A DNA stretch of 64,000 bases from Myxococcota bacterium (GCA_041687695.1 JAWLBL010000004.1:64001-128000), one strand, 5' to 3'. Positions 50,189 through 59,170 are shown, counted from the stretch's first letter. Notes: generated by a model not told the origin, from the sequence alone. Made by a program: numbers and translations.

Positions 50189-51271
50189 ATGACCGATCAG
50201 CCGACCCCCAAGCGCGGGGCGAGAAAGCGCGTCGGCGCGCGCACCAAGCGCGCCGCCCGGCCCGCCGCCAGCCCCATCCGCGTCGCCCTCACCGGCGCCC
50301 GCACCTTCCTGGGCGAGCGCCTCGTGCAGGTCCTCGAGGCCGACCCCCGCGTCGCCCACATCCTGGCGCTCGACATCGCGCCGCCGCGCTCGGGCCGCGG
50401 CAAGACGCGCTTCGCGCGCCTGGATCTGACCGATCCCATGGCCGACGAGCGCATGGCCGACCTCCTCAAGGAGGACGGCATCGACGTCCTGTGCCACCTG
50501 GCCTTCCTGTCCAAGCCGTCGCACAGCCGCTCGTGGGCCCACGAGCTCGAGGCCATCGGGTCGCTCTACGTCATGAACGCCGCCGCCGAGGCGCAGGTCC
50601 CCAAGGTCATCCTCGGCTCGACCACCATGGTCTACGGCGCCTACTCGACCAACCCCAACTTCCTGACCGAGGACCACCCGCTGCGCGGCAACCCGGCCAG
50701 CCGCTGGGTCAAGGACAAGGTGTCGGCCGAGCGCGAGCTGATGAAGCTCAAGCGCGACTGCCCCGACATCATCACCACCTCGCTGCGCTTCGGCGTCATC
50801 CTGGGCCCGACCGTCAAGTCCTTCTTCACCCGCATGTTCGGCCGGCAGGTCGTCGTCAGCCTGATGGGCTACGACCCGCTGATGCAGTTCCTGCACGAAG
50901 AGGACGCCGTCCGCGCGCTGGCCAAGGCCGTCTTCGAGGACCACCAGGGCGCCTTCAACATCGTCGGCGACGGGGTCCTGTACTACTCGCAGGCGCTCAA
51001 GCTCGGCGGGCGGGTCCCGATGCGGATGCCCCACGGCTTCGCCTACCCCTCGGCCACGCTGCTGTGGAACCTGCAGGTCGTCGACACCCCCGGCCCCTTC
51101 CTCAACTACTTCCGCTACTCGTGGCTGGCCGACGGCAAGCGCGCGAAAGAGGTCATGGGCTTCGAGCCCGAGCACAGCTCGCGCGAGGCGCTCACGGACT
51201 TCTACGCCTCCTGCGAGGCCCGCCAGGCCGAGGCCAACGAGCAGCTCACCCCGCGCGAGGTGGCGTCATGA
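50189..51271 (+). CDS. NAD-dependent epimerase/dehydratase (extended SDR)
   Basis: VALTGARTFLG, CHLAF, GSTTMVYGA, QFLHEEDA. Confidence 0.9.
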   Translation: MTDQPTPKRGARKRVGARTKRAARPAASPIRVALTGARTFLGERLVQVLEADPRVAHILALDIAPPRSGRGKTRFARLDLTDPMADERMADLLKEDGIDVLCHLAFLSKPSHSRSWAHELEAIGSLYVMNAAAEAQVPKVILGSTTMVYGAYSTNPNFLTEDHPLRGNPASRWVKDKVSAERELMKLKRDCPDIITTSLRFGVILGPTVKSFFTRMFGRQVVVSLMGYDPLMQFLHEEDAVRALAKAVFEDHQGAFNIVGDGVLYYSQALKLGGRVPMRMPHGFAYPSATLLWNLQVVDTPGPFLNYFRYSWLADGKRAKEVMGFEPEHSSREALTDFYASCEARQAEANEQLTPREVAS

Positions 51272-52374
51272 GCTCGAGCCCGATCGAGAGCGGCCGCGGC
51301 AAGTCCGGCCGAGCGGCCGGAGGCGACGCGACCGACGCCCAGCCAGCCCCGTCCCCCGCCGACCAGCCGCCGCCGAAGGGCGCCGACCAGCCGCCGCCGC
51401 CGGGCGCCGACCACCGCCCCGGCGCCTACGAGGTCTTCGAGTCCGAGACCGACGCGCTGTCCATCGAGCACCTGCGCGACCTGTGGGAGCGCTTCGCCAG
51501 CCACCCCGCGGTCGCCAAGGCCCTGGGCGCCTCGCGCGAGCTGGGCCTCGAGCAGGCCCGCAGCCTGACCCAGCGCCTGCTGCGCGTCGACGTCGACCGC
51601 GCCATCGACCCGTTTGGCTGCGACCCCGAGTTCGTCGACCAGCTCTTCCCCATCGCCCGCTGGTTCCACGACAAGTACTTCCGCTGCGAGAGCCGCGGCG
51701 TCGAGCACATCCCCAGCGACGGGCGCGTGCTGCTCGTCGCCAACCACTCGGGCACGCTGCCCTACGACGGCGCGATGGTGGTGACGGCCGTCAAGTGCCG
51801 CCACGCCTCGGGGCGCCTCGTGCGACCGCTGGTCGAGGACTTCGTCTACCACTTCCCCTACCTCGGCATGTTCATGGCGCGCGTCGGCGCCATCCGCGCC
51901 TCGCAGGAGAACGCCCAGCGCCTGCTCGAGGCCGACGAGCCGGTCCTCGTCTTCCCCGAGGGCGTCAAGGGCATCGGCAAGCTCTACCGGCGCCGCTACC
52001 GCCTGCAGCGCTTCGGCCGCGGCGGCGCCATCAAGCTGGCCATGAACACGGGCGCGCCCATCATCCCGGTGTCCATCGTCGGCGCCGAGGAGTCGATGCC
52101 GCTCATCAGCAAGATGACCTGGCTCGCGCGGCCGCTGGGGCTGCCCTACATCCCCATCACGCCGACCCTGCCGCTGCTCGGGCCGCTGGGCCTCATCCCG
52201 TACCCGACCAAGTGGTACGTCGACTTCGGCGAGCCCATCGACATCGCCGAGTACGGCCCCGACGCCGCCCAGGACCGGGTGCTGGTCAACAAGCTCAACG
52301 AGCGCATCCGCGCCGTCATCCAGGACATGATCGACCAGCGCCTGCGCGAGCGCCACTCGGTCCTGTTCGGCTGA
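51268..52374 (+). CDS. Lysophospholipid acyltransferase family protein
   Basis: DPFG.D, VANHSGTLPYD, VFPEG, FGRGG, PIIPVSIVGAEE; ATGA overlap with the epimerase gene. Confidence 0.92.
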   Translation: MSSSPIESGRGKSGRAAGGDATDAQPAPSPADQPPPKGADQPPPPGADHRPGAYEVFESETDALSIEHLRDLWERFASHPAVAKALGASRELGLEQARSLTQRLLRVDVDRAIDPFGCDPEFVDQLFPIARWFHDKYFRCESRGVEHIPSDGRVLLVANHSGTLPYDGAMVVTAVKCRHASGRLVRPLVEDFVYHFPYLGMFMARVGAIRASQENAQRLLEADEPVLVFPEGVKGIGKLYRRRYRLQRFGRGGAIKLAMNTGAPIIPVSIVGAEESMPLISKMTWLARPLGLPYIPITPTLPLLGPLGLIPYPTKWYVDFGEPIDIAEYGPDAAQDRVLVNKLNERIRAVIQDMIDQRLRERHSVLFG

Positions 52375-52393
52375 GCCGCCGAGGGGGCCGCCC

Positions 52394-53425
52394 GTGAGTC
52401 GCCAGCGCTTGGTCGACCTGCGCTCGGACACGGTGACGCGTCCGACCCTGGGCATGCGCGCCGCGATGGCTCAGGCCGAGGTGGGCGACGTCTGCTTCGG
52501 CGACGACCCGACGGTGACCCGCCTCGAGCGCGCCGTCGCCGAGCGGCTGGGCAAAGAGGCCGCCCTGTTCGTCCCGACCGGGACCATGGCCAACCAAATC
52601 GCCGTCGCGGTCCACACCCGACCCGGCGACGCCGTCCTGCTCGACCGCCGCGCCCACATCGCCCTGTGGGAGGCCGGCGCCTCGGCCGTGCTGGCCGGCG
52701 TCCAGCTGGTCGGCGTCGACTCCGACGACGGCCTGCCCACCCCCGACGCGCTGGCCGCCGCCGTCTACGCCCCCCACGTCAAGGCGCCCCAGCCGCGCCT
52801 GCTCGCCCTCGAGGACACCCACAACGCCGCCGGCGGCCTCGCCCACAACGTCGCCGCGCTGGCCCCGGCCCTCGACTTCGCCCGCCAGCGAGGCCTGGCC
52901 ACCCACCTCGACGGCGCCCGCCTCTTCAACGCCGCCGTCGCGACCGGCGACGACGTGGCCTCCCTCGCCGCCGGCTTCGACACGGTCAGCCTCTGCCTCT
53001 CCAAGGGCCTGGGCGCCCCGGTCGGCTCGCTCCTGGCCGGCCCCCGCGACCTCATCGCCCGCGCCGACGCCTGGCGGCACCGCCTGGGGGGTGGCTGGCG
53101 CCAGGCCGGCGTCCTCGCCGCGGCGGGCCTCCACGCCCTCGACCACCACCCGGCCCGCCTCCCCGAGGACCACGCCCGCGCCCGCGTCCTCGCCGCCGCC
53201 ATGACCCAGGCCGGCGTCGCCCACCCCGTCCACGACGTCCAGACCAACATCGTCTACTTCCACGTCGACCCCGCCTGGGGCACCGCCCAGGCCTTCGCCG
53301 CCGCCCTGGCCGACCGCGGCGTCCTCGTCGGCGCCACCGCCCCCCAGCGCGGCCGCCTGGTCACCCACCTCGACGTCGACGACGCCGCCCTCGCCCGCGC
53401 CAGCGAGGCCCTCGCGGCCCTCTGA
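52394..53425 (+). CDS. ltaE: Low-specificity L-threonine aldolase
   Basis: DLRSDTVTRPT, GDDPTV, FVPTGTMAN, HLDGARLFNA, CLSKGLGAPVGS, GGGWRQAG. Confidence 0.93.
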   Translation: MSRQRLVDLRSDTVTRPTLGMRAAMAQAEVGDVCFGDDPTVTRLERAVAERLGKEAALFVPTGTMANQIAVAVHTRPGDAVLLDRRAHIALWEAGASAVLAGVQLVGVDSDDGLPTPDALAAAVYAPHVKAPQPRLLALEDTHNAAGGLAHNVAALAPALDFARQRGLATHLDGARLFNAAVATGDDVASLAAGFDTVSLCLSKGLGAPVGSLLAGPRDLIARADAWRHRLGGGWRQAGVLAAAGLHALDHHPARLPEDHARARVLAAAMTQAGVAHPVHDVQTNIVYFHVDPAWGTAQAFAAALADRGVLVGATAPQRGRLVTHLDVDDAALARASEALAAL

Positions 53426-53482
53426 GCCGGCCCACCCCGCCGCCTCCAGCGCGAAACTCCACCGCGAGCAGCGTCGGCCGCG

Positions 53483-53860
53483 CTCTTCGATGAAGAATCC
53501 GACGGCCCAGCCCCGCCGAGACGATTCTTCGATGAAGAATCCCGCTGTCGAGCCCCGCCGAGACGATTCTTCAATGAAGAATCCCGCTGTCGAGCCCCGC
53601 CGAGACGATTCTTCAATGAAGAATCCCGCTGTCGAGCCCCGCCGAGACGATTCTTCAATGAAGAATCCCCATGTCGAGCCTCGCGCTGCGGTTTCTTCAT
53701 CCCAGAATCGTCCCCGCCACCCTCGCGCTGCGGTTTCTTCATCCCAGAATCGTCCCCGCCACCCTCGCGCTGCGGTCTCTTCGTTCCAGAATCGTCCCCG
53801 CCACCCTCGCGCTGCGGTCTCTTCGTTCCAGAATCACCCCCGGCACCCTCGCCCTCCGGC
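53483..53860. repeat. Array of nine 42-bp units with palindromic core
   Basis: Each unit is a 17-nt YTCTTC-N5-AGAATC core plus 25 nt; units 2-5 contain the perfect palindrome GATTCTTC-N3-GAAGAATC. Confidence 0.95.
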
Positions 53861-53864
53861 CACC

Positions 53865-55160
53865 TCATCGAAGGCTCGTCCCGTCGCCGGCCGCCCCCGG
53901 CTTTCCAACGGCCCCCTCCGCGCCCTCGGTCCACCCGCCCCGGGGCGGAGCCGTCCGCGTCCGCCGCTCGGCCATCTTCCGCGCCACGAACCCGGCACCC
54001 AGCTCCGTCCGGGCGACGAACAGGTTGTGCGCCTGACACACGACCCGAACGTTCGCGATGGAGTGAGCCCCGCCCTTCGCGAACGCCTCGTCGTGGTGCA
54101 GCTCCAGCCGCCGCGTCTCGGTGCACCGGCCCCCCGCGCCCACGAACGTGCACCGCAACCCGTCCCGCGCGACCACGGCCCGCCTGACCTCCGCCGGAAT
54201 GGCCCGCCCCCGCCCGCCAACCAGCTCGCCCGACCCGCTGGCCTGCCCGACCGACTCACCGGCCTGCTCGACCGACCCGCCGGCCTGCTCGACCGACTCA
54301 CCGGCCTGCTCGACCGACTCACCGGCCTGCTCGACCGACTCACCGGCCCGTTCCGCTGGGTTCGTCATGGCCGCGCTCTCGGCCTGCTCGACCGCCTTGG
54401 AGACCGCCTTCTTCGAAGGTCGCTTGGCCCCCACCCCGAACCGCTGCTTCTTCTTCGCGGCCAGGAACACATCCAGCGCCATCTCCAGCAGCGTCTCGTA
54501 GTCGCCTGACGCGACCCGATGCCCCGAGATCGCCATCGCCTCCTCCAGCTTGGCGGCCACCCGCGCCCCGACGGTCACCTGCACCCGATACCGAGCCTCC
54601 GAGAGCGGCTCGACCCGATGCTTCGGCTTCGGTCGCTCCAGCGCCAACTCGCTCTCTCGCGCCTTCGGCTCGGCCAGGGTCTGCTTCGCCGCCTCGTCCC
54701 GCCCGCCCCGGGGCGGCGGCAGCTTCACCACCCGCGCCGGCACGTCCGGCCGCGGCGCCCACCGCGCCACCAGCTCCACCAGCTCCCGCTTGCTCTTCCC
54801 AGCCGCCTCGGCCAGCCGCTCCACGGCGTTCCCTTCCCCGAGATGCGGTCCGATGACCCTCATCCCGCTCAGGCTCAGCCGTCCGTCGGCCAGCATCGCC
54901 CCCATCTCGGGCCACCGCCTCACCCACTCGACGGCCTTCACGTAGTTGTAGGCCTTGTCTTCTCCGAAGCCCCACCGGTCGCGGCACCACGCGAACAGCG
55001 ACGCGCTGCCGTCGCCCAGATGAAGCTCCCGCGCCTCCACCTCGGCCAGGTGGACGACCAGGTTGGCCGTCGTCCGCCGCTCCAGGTGTACCAGCTCACC
55101 GACCCGCCCCAGCAGCCGCTCGTCGGACAACTTCTCCAGCATCTTCAGCCCCTTGCGCAT
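53865..55160 (-). CDS. HNH endonuclease-domain protein (N-terminus resembling DUF222/13E12-type proteins)
   Basis: C-terminal IPAEVRRAVVARDGLRC..C....LELHH....AKGG....N...CQAHN; helical N-terminus LSDERLL..LVVHLAEVEAR; GGGAGG RBS. Confidence 0.88.
   Translation of the reverse strand: MRKGLKMLEKLSDERLLGRVGELVHLERRTTANLVVHLAEVEARELHLGDGSASLFAWCRDRWGFGEDKAYNYVKAVEWVRRWPEMGAMLADGRLSLSGMRVIGPHLGEGNAVERLAEAAGKSKRELVELVARWAPRPDVPARVVKLPPPRGGRDEAAKQTLAEPKARESELALERPKPKHRVEPLSEARYRVQVTVGARVAAKLEEAMAISGHRVASGDYETLLEMALDVFLAAKKKQRFGVGAKRPSKKAVSKAVEQAESAAMTNPAERAGESVEQAGESVEQAGESVEQAGGSVEQAGESVGQASGSGELVGGRGRAIPAEVRRAVVARDGLRCTFVGAGGRCTETRRLELHHDEAFAKGGAHSIANVRVVCQAHNLFVARTELGAGFVARKMAERRTRTAPPRGGWTEGAEGAVGKPGAAGDGTSLR
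54241..54345. repeat. In-frame 21-bp tandem repeat x5 inside the HNH gene
   Basis: GCCTGCTCGACCGACTCACCG units encoding (GESVEQA)n. Confidence 0.92.
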
Positions 55161-55414
55161 CGCCCACCCCTCCCAATCGAGGCCCGAAGCATACCACGGG
55201 GGTCCCGGCCCCCTCGGAACGCCCCCTGGACGCCCGTTCAGCGCCTCCGGACGACGCGCGACGACCCTCTCCCCGGATCAGCGCGTCCTGGAGCCCGCCA
55301 GGCCGCTCCCAGGGCCCGTCTACCTCCGACCTCCGATCGCCCGCCGAGGGCTCCAAGAATCCGTCAACAACTATTTCGCCCCTCGTCCCCTCTCGAGGTC
55401 GATTTTGCCCCCTC

Positions 55415-55910
55415 CCGCCCCGGGACGACGAGCCGCCCGGGATCTCCGCCCCGGGACGGCGACCCGCCCCGGGGGTCTCCGCCCCGGGACGACGACCGGC
55501 CCCTGGGCTCTCCGCCCCGGGACGACGCCCCGCCCCTGGGATCTCCGCCCCGGGACGACGACCGGCCCCTGGGATCTCCGCCCCGGAACTACGACCAGCT
55601 ACCGCCCCGGGACGACGCCCGCTCGTACTGTCGCCCCGGAACTACGACCAGCTACCGCCCCGGGACGACGCCCGCTCGTACTGTCGCCCCGGAACTACGA
55701 CCAGCTCCCGCCCCGGGACGACGCCCGCTCGTACTGTCGCCCCGGAACTTCAACCAGCGCTCCCGCCCCGGAACTACGACCAGCTACCGCCCCGGGACGA
55801 CGCCCGCTCGTACTGTCGCCCCGGAACTACGACCAGCTACCGCCCCGGGACGACGCCCGCTCGTACTGTCGCCCCGGAACTTCAACCAGCGCTCCCGCCC
55901 CGGGACGACG
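55415..55910. repeat. Composite non-coding array: 18 copies of YCGCCCCGG(G/A)AC with four linker types
   Basis: Unit lengths 31,33,33,33,33,24,29,24,29,24,29,26,24,29,24,29,26, then a partial unit. Confidence 0.95.
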
Positions 55911-56202
55911 ATCCGCGCACCCAACCACAGCCTGCCTCCACCTCCGCTCCCACCCATAACCTCAGACTATCACGCCCCCATGCCGCACCCCCGCTCACCC
56001 CAGCCCCTCGCGACCCAGTCCGCGCCTCGGGACGCGCAGCGGCCCGGACGCCCCCGTCCGGGCCGATATCAGCTCTCCCAGCCGCAGCGGAGGCCGGGGT
56101 CAAGGGCTTTGTCGTCCGCGAGGAATTGGCCGGCCGAAGGACGGCCAAGGGGGGACAAAGCCCTTGATGCCGGCCGAAGCGGAGGCTACCGCGCCTCCTC
56201 AA

Positions 56203-56345
56203 CCCGCTCGTCCCGCTCGTCCTGCTCGTCCTGCTCGTCCTGCTCGTCCTGCTCGTCCTGCTCGTCCCGCTCGTCCTGCTCGTCCTGCTCGTCCTCCTCG
56301 CCCCTCTTCGTCCTCCTGGTCCTCCTGGTCCTCCTGGTCCTCCTC
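56203..56345. repeat. 9-bp pyrimidine-rich tandem repeat
   Basis: (CCYGCTCGT) x ~10 grading into (CCTCCTGGT) x3. Confidence 0.9.
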
Positions 56346-56574
56346 CCCGATAGCGTCCAGCGCCGCCCCCAATCCCCCTCACCCCCCCCCCCGGAATCCC
56401 CACCCCCCACCCACTGTTTCGCCCCCTCGGCCGAACTTCCCGGTGGACTCCACCGCCTGAACGGCCCCAAAGTGCGCCCCGACGCGACCGAGCCTCGCGC
56501 CGCCCCCCAAACGCGGGCCCACCCCTCGCTCCCCACGAGCGCGCCCCCGGCCCGGATCACCTCAGAGCACAGCC

Positions 56575-57495
56575 ATGACCGAACGAGCGTATCGCGCTGG
56601 CTTCGTCGCCATCGTCGGCCGGCCCAACGTGGGCAAGTCGACGCTGATGAACCAGATCGTCGGCGAGAAGATCGCCATCGCCACCCCCAAGCCGCAGACG
56701 ACGCGCGAGCGGATCCGCGGCATCCGCACCTTCGACGACTGGCAGGTCGTCTACGTGGACACGCCCGGCATCCACGAGGCGCGCACGGCCCTGAACAAGT
56801 TCATGGTCGACACCGCCGTCGGGACGCTGTCGGACGTCGACCTCACCTACCTGCTGGTCGACGCGGCGCACATGAACGCCAAGCCCGACCAGGTGCTGGC
56901 CGAGACCGAGCGGGTCGTGGCCGCCATCACCGCCGCGGGCGCGCGCACCTTCCTGGTGGTCAACAAGATCGACCGCCTGAAGGACAAGGCCGCGATGCTG
57001 CCGCTCATCGAGCGGCTGACCGCCCTGTACCCGTTCGACGAGGTGGTGCCCGTCAGCGCCGCGACCGGCGACGGCGTGGCGCAGCTGCTCGAGCTGACGC
57101 GCCCCCACATGCCCGAGGGGCAGGCCCTGTTCCCCGGTGACGAGCTGACCGACCGCTCGATGCGCTTTCTGGCCGCCGAGCTGGTCCGTGAGCAGCTGTT
57201 CATGCAGCTGTCCGACGAGCTGCCCTACCACGTCGCCGTGAACGTCGAGGACTGGCAGGAGCGCGACAACGGCACCGCCGCCATCCACGCGACCATCCAC
57301 GTCGCGCGCGACAGCCACAAGGGCATCGTCATCGGCAAGGGCGGCCAGCGCCTCAAGACCATCGGGCAGAAGGCCCGGCAGAACCTGGAAGACTTCATGC
57401 AGCGCAAGGTCTGGCTCGAGCTGCACGTGCGGGTCGAGGACGACTGGACCGACCGCGCCGCCGCCCTGCGCAAGCTCGGCTACACGGAGAGCTGA
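56575..57495 (+). CDS. era: GTPase Era
   Basis: GFVAIVGRPNVGKSTL, KPQTTR, DTPG, NKID, SA, ELPY and KH domain KGIVIGKGG. Confidence 0.97.
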   Translation: MTERAYRAGFVAIVGRPNVGKSTLMNQIVGEKIAIATPKPQTTRERIRGIRTFDDWQVVYVDTPGIHEARTALNKFMVDTAVGTLSDVDLTYLLVDAAHMNAKPDQVLAETERVVAAITAAGARTFLVVNKIDRLKDKAAMLPLIERLTALYPFDEVVPVSAATGDGVAQLLELTRPHMPEGQALFPGDELTDRSMRFLAAELVREQLFMQLSDELPYHVAVNVEDWQERDNGTAAIHATIHVARDSHKGIVIGKGGQRLKTIGQKARQNLEDFMQRKVWLELHVRVEDDWTDRAAALRKLGYTES

Positions 57496-57496
57496 G

Positions 57497-59170
57497 ATGC
57501 CCAGAACCCACCACAGCCACGGCATCAAGCCCATCCTGGCCATCGTCGGCCGCCCCAACGTGGGCAAGTCGACCCTGTTCAACCGCCTGGTCGGCCGCCG
57601 CATCGCCATCGTCCAGGACATGCCGGGCGTCACGCGCGACCGCCACTACGGTGACGGCGACATGCTGGGCCGGCAGTTCATCTGCATCGACACCGGCGGC
57701 TTCGAGCCCGAGACGACCGACGACATGCTGCAGGCGATGCGCCGGCAGGCCCAGGTCGCCATCGAGGAGGCCGACGTCATCATCGCCGTCTTCGACGGGC
57801 GCGCGGGCCTGCTGCCCGCCGACCGCGAGATCACGCGCATGCTGCAGCGGACCGGCAAGCCGGTGCACTACGCGGTCAACAAGATCGACGGCGCGCGCCA
57901 CGAGGCGCTGGCGGCCGAGTTCTGGGAGCTGGGCGTCGACATGATCTGGTCGATCTCGGCCCAGCACGGCGCGGGCGTGCTCGACCTGATGGAGGTGGTC
58001 ATCGAGGACCTGCCCGAGCTGGTCGACGACGTGCCCGAGGACCTGCCCGAGCACAGCCGCATCGCGGTGGTCGGCAAGCCCAACGCCGGCAAGTCGACCC
58101 TCATCAACCGCATGCTGGGCGAGGACCGCCTGCTCGCCAGCGACGTGCCCGGCACGACCCGCGACAGCATCGACACCTGGCTCGAGCTGCCGCCGGACCG
58201 GCAGGCGATCGCCGCCGCCGAGGCCGCGTTGGCCGAGGCCGAGGTGGCGCTGGCGGCGGGCGACGACGCCGACGAGGACGCGGCCTGGGACGCGCCCGGC
58301 GAGACCGACTTCGAGCTGATCCCGTTCTCGGACGACGAGTGGGAGTCGGGCGAGGCGGCGCAGGGCTGGGAGGACGGCGGCGAGGCCGACTTCGACTGGC
58401 CCGAGGAGGTCGCGGAGGCGGACGCGGCCGAGAGCGACGCGCCGACGGACGAGCAGATCCACGCCGAGCGGCTGGCCGCCCTCGAGCGGGCGCGGCAGCC
58501 GCGGCGCTACCTGCTCATCGACACGGCCGGCGTGCGGCGCCGCAAGTGGATCCGGACGGCGCTCGAGCGGTACAGCATCGTCCAGAGCTTCAAGAGCATC
58601 GACCGGGCCGACGTCGCGCTGCTGATGCTGGACGCGACCAGCGGCGTGACCGACCAGGACGCCAAGCTGGCGGGCCTGGTGCAGGCCAAGGGGCGCGGCG
58701 CCATCATCCTGGTCAACAAGTGGGACGCCGTCCCCGACAAGGACACCTACACGGCGGGCCGCTACGTCAAGGAGCTGCGCGAGGCGCTCAAGTTCATGAG
58801 CTACGCGCCCATCCTGTTCATCTCGGCCCTGTCGGGCCAGCGGGTCCACCGCATCCTGGCGACCGTGGACCGCGTCTCGCACAACCGCGAGCGGCGCGTC
58901 CCGACGGGCGAGCTGAACCGCTTTCTGACCCGGCTGACCCAGAAGTTCCAGCCGCCCAGCCACAAGGGCCGGCGCCTGAACATCTACTACGCGACCCAGG
59001 TGTCGGCCTCGCCGCCGACCTTCCTGCTGGTCGTCAACTACCCCGAGGCCATGCACTTCTCGTACGAGCGGTTCCTGCACAACCGCATCCGCGAGCAGTG
59101 GGACTTCGAGGGCACGCCCATCCGCATCGTCCTGCGGCGCGCCCGCCGAGGCGGCCCGGGCCAGGGCTGA
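57497..59170 (+). CDS. der: Ribosome biogenesis GTPase Der (EngA) with acidic insertion
   Basis: Two G domains (GRPNVGKS/DTGG/NKID; GKPNAGKS/DTAG/NKWD) and KH-like C-terminus (PPTF, FEGTPIR). Confidence 0.96.
   Translation: MPRTHHSHGIKPILAIVGRPNVGKSTLFNRLVGRRIAIVQDMPGVTRDRHYGDGDMLGRQFICIDTGGFEPETTDDMLQAMRRQAQVAIEEADVIIAVFDGRAGLLPADREITRMLQRTGKPVHYAVNKIDGARHEALAAEFWELGVDMIWSISAQHGAGVLDLMEVVIEDLPELVDDVPEDLPEHSRIAVVGKPNAGKSTLINRMLGEDRLLASDVPGTTRDSIDTWLELPPDRQAIAAAEAALAEAEVALAAGDDADEDAAWDAPGETDFELIPFSDDEWESGEAAQGWEDGGEADFDWPEEVAEADAAESDAPTDEQIHAERLAALERARQPRRYLLIDTAGVRRRKWIRTALERYSIVQSFKSIDRADVALLMLDATSGVTDQDAKLAGLVQAKGRGAIILVNKWDAVPDKDTYTAGRYVKELREALKFMSYAPILFISALSGQRVHRILATVDRVSHNRERRVPTGELNRFLTRLTQKFQPPSHKGRRLNIYYATQVSASPPTFLLVVNYPEAMHFSYERFLHNRIREQWDFEGTPIRIVLRRARRGGPGQG

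Noticed and set aside
53254..54509. ORFs reading through the 42-bp array (53490-54509 plus; 53254-54153 minus)
   Set aside because: They are open mainly because 42 is a multiple of 3 in GC-rich DNA, and they overlap ltaE or the HNH gene. An ATG at 53868 does overlap the HNH stop, so a short coupled peptide cannot be fully excluded.
53483..55160. TIGR-Tas or IscB/OMEGA assignment
   Set aside because: I could not recognise a Nop domain, box C/D-like motifs, split RuvC motifs or a PLMP N-terminus, and the variable segments are not unique. A structure search would be needed to exclude remote similarity.
53483..55910. CRISPR array interpretation of the two arrays
   Set aside because: The intervening segments are repeated rather than unique, the constant cores are only 12-19 nt, and no cas gene is in the window.
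54519..57140. 873-aa plus-strand ORF across the repeat region
   Set aside because: Low-complexity translation of repeats, antisense to the HNH gene and out of frame with era.
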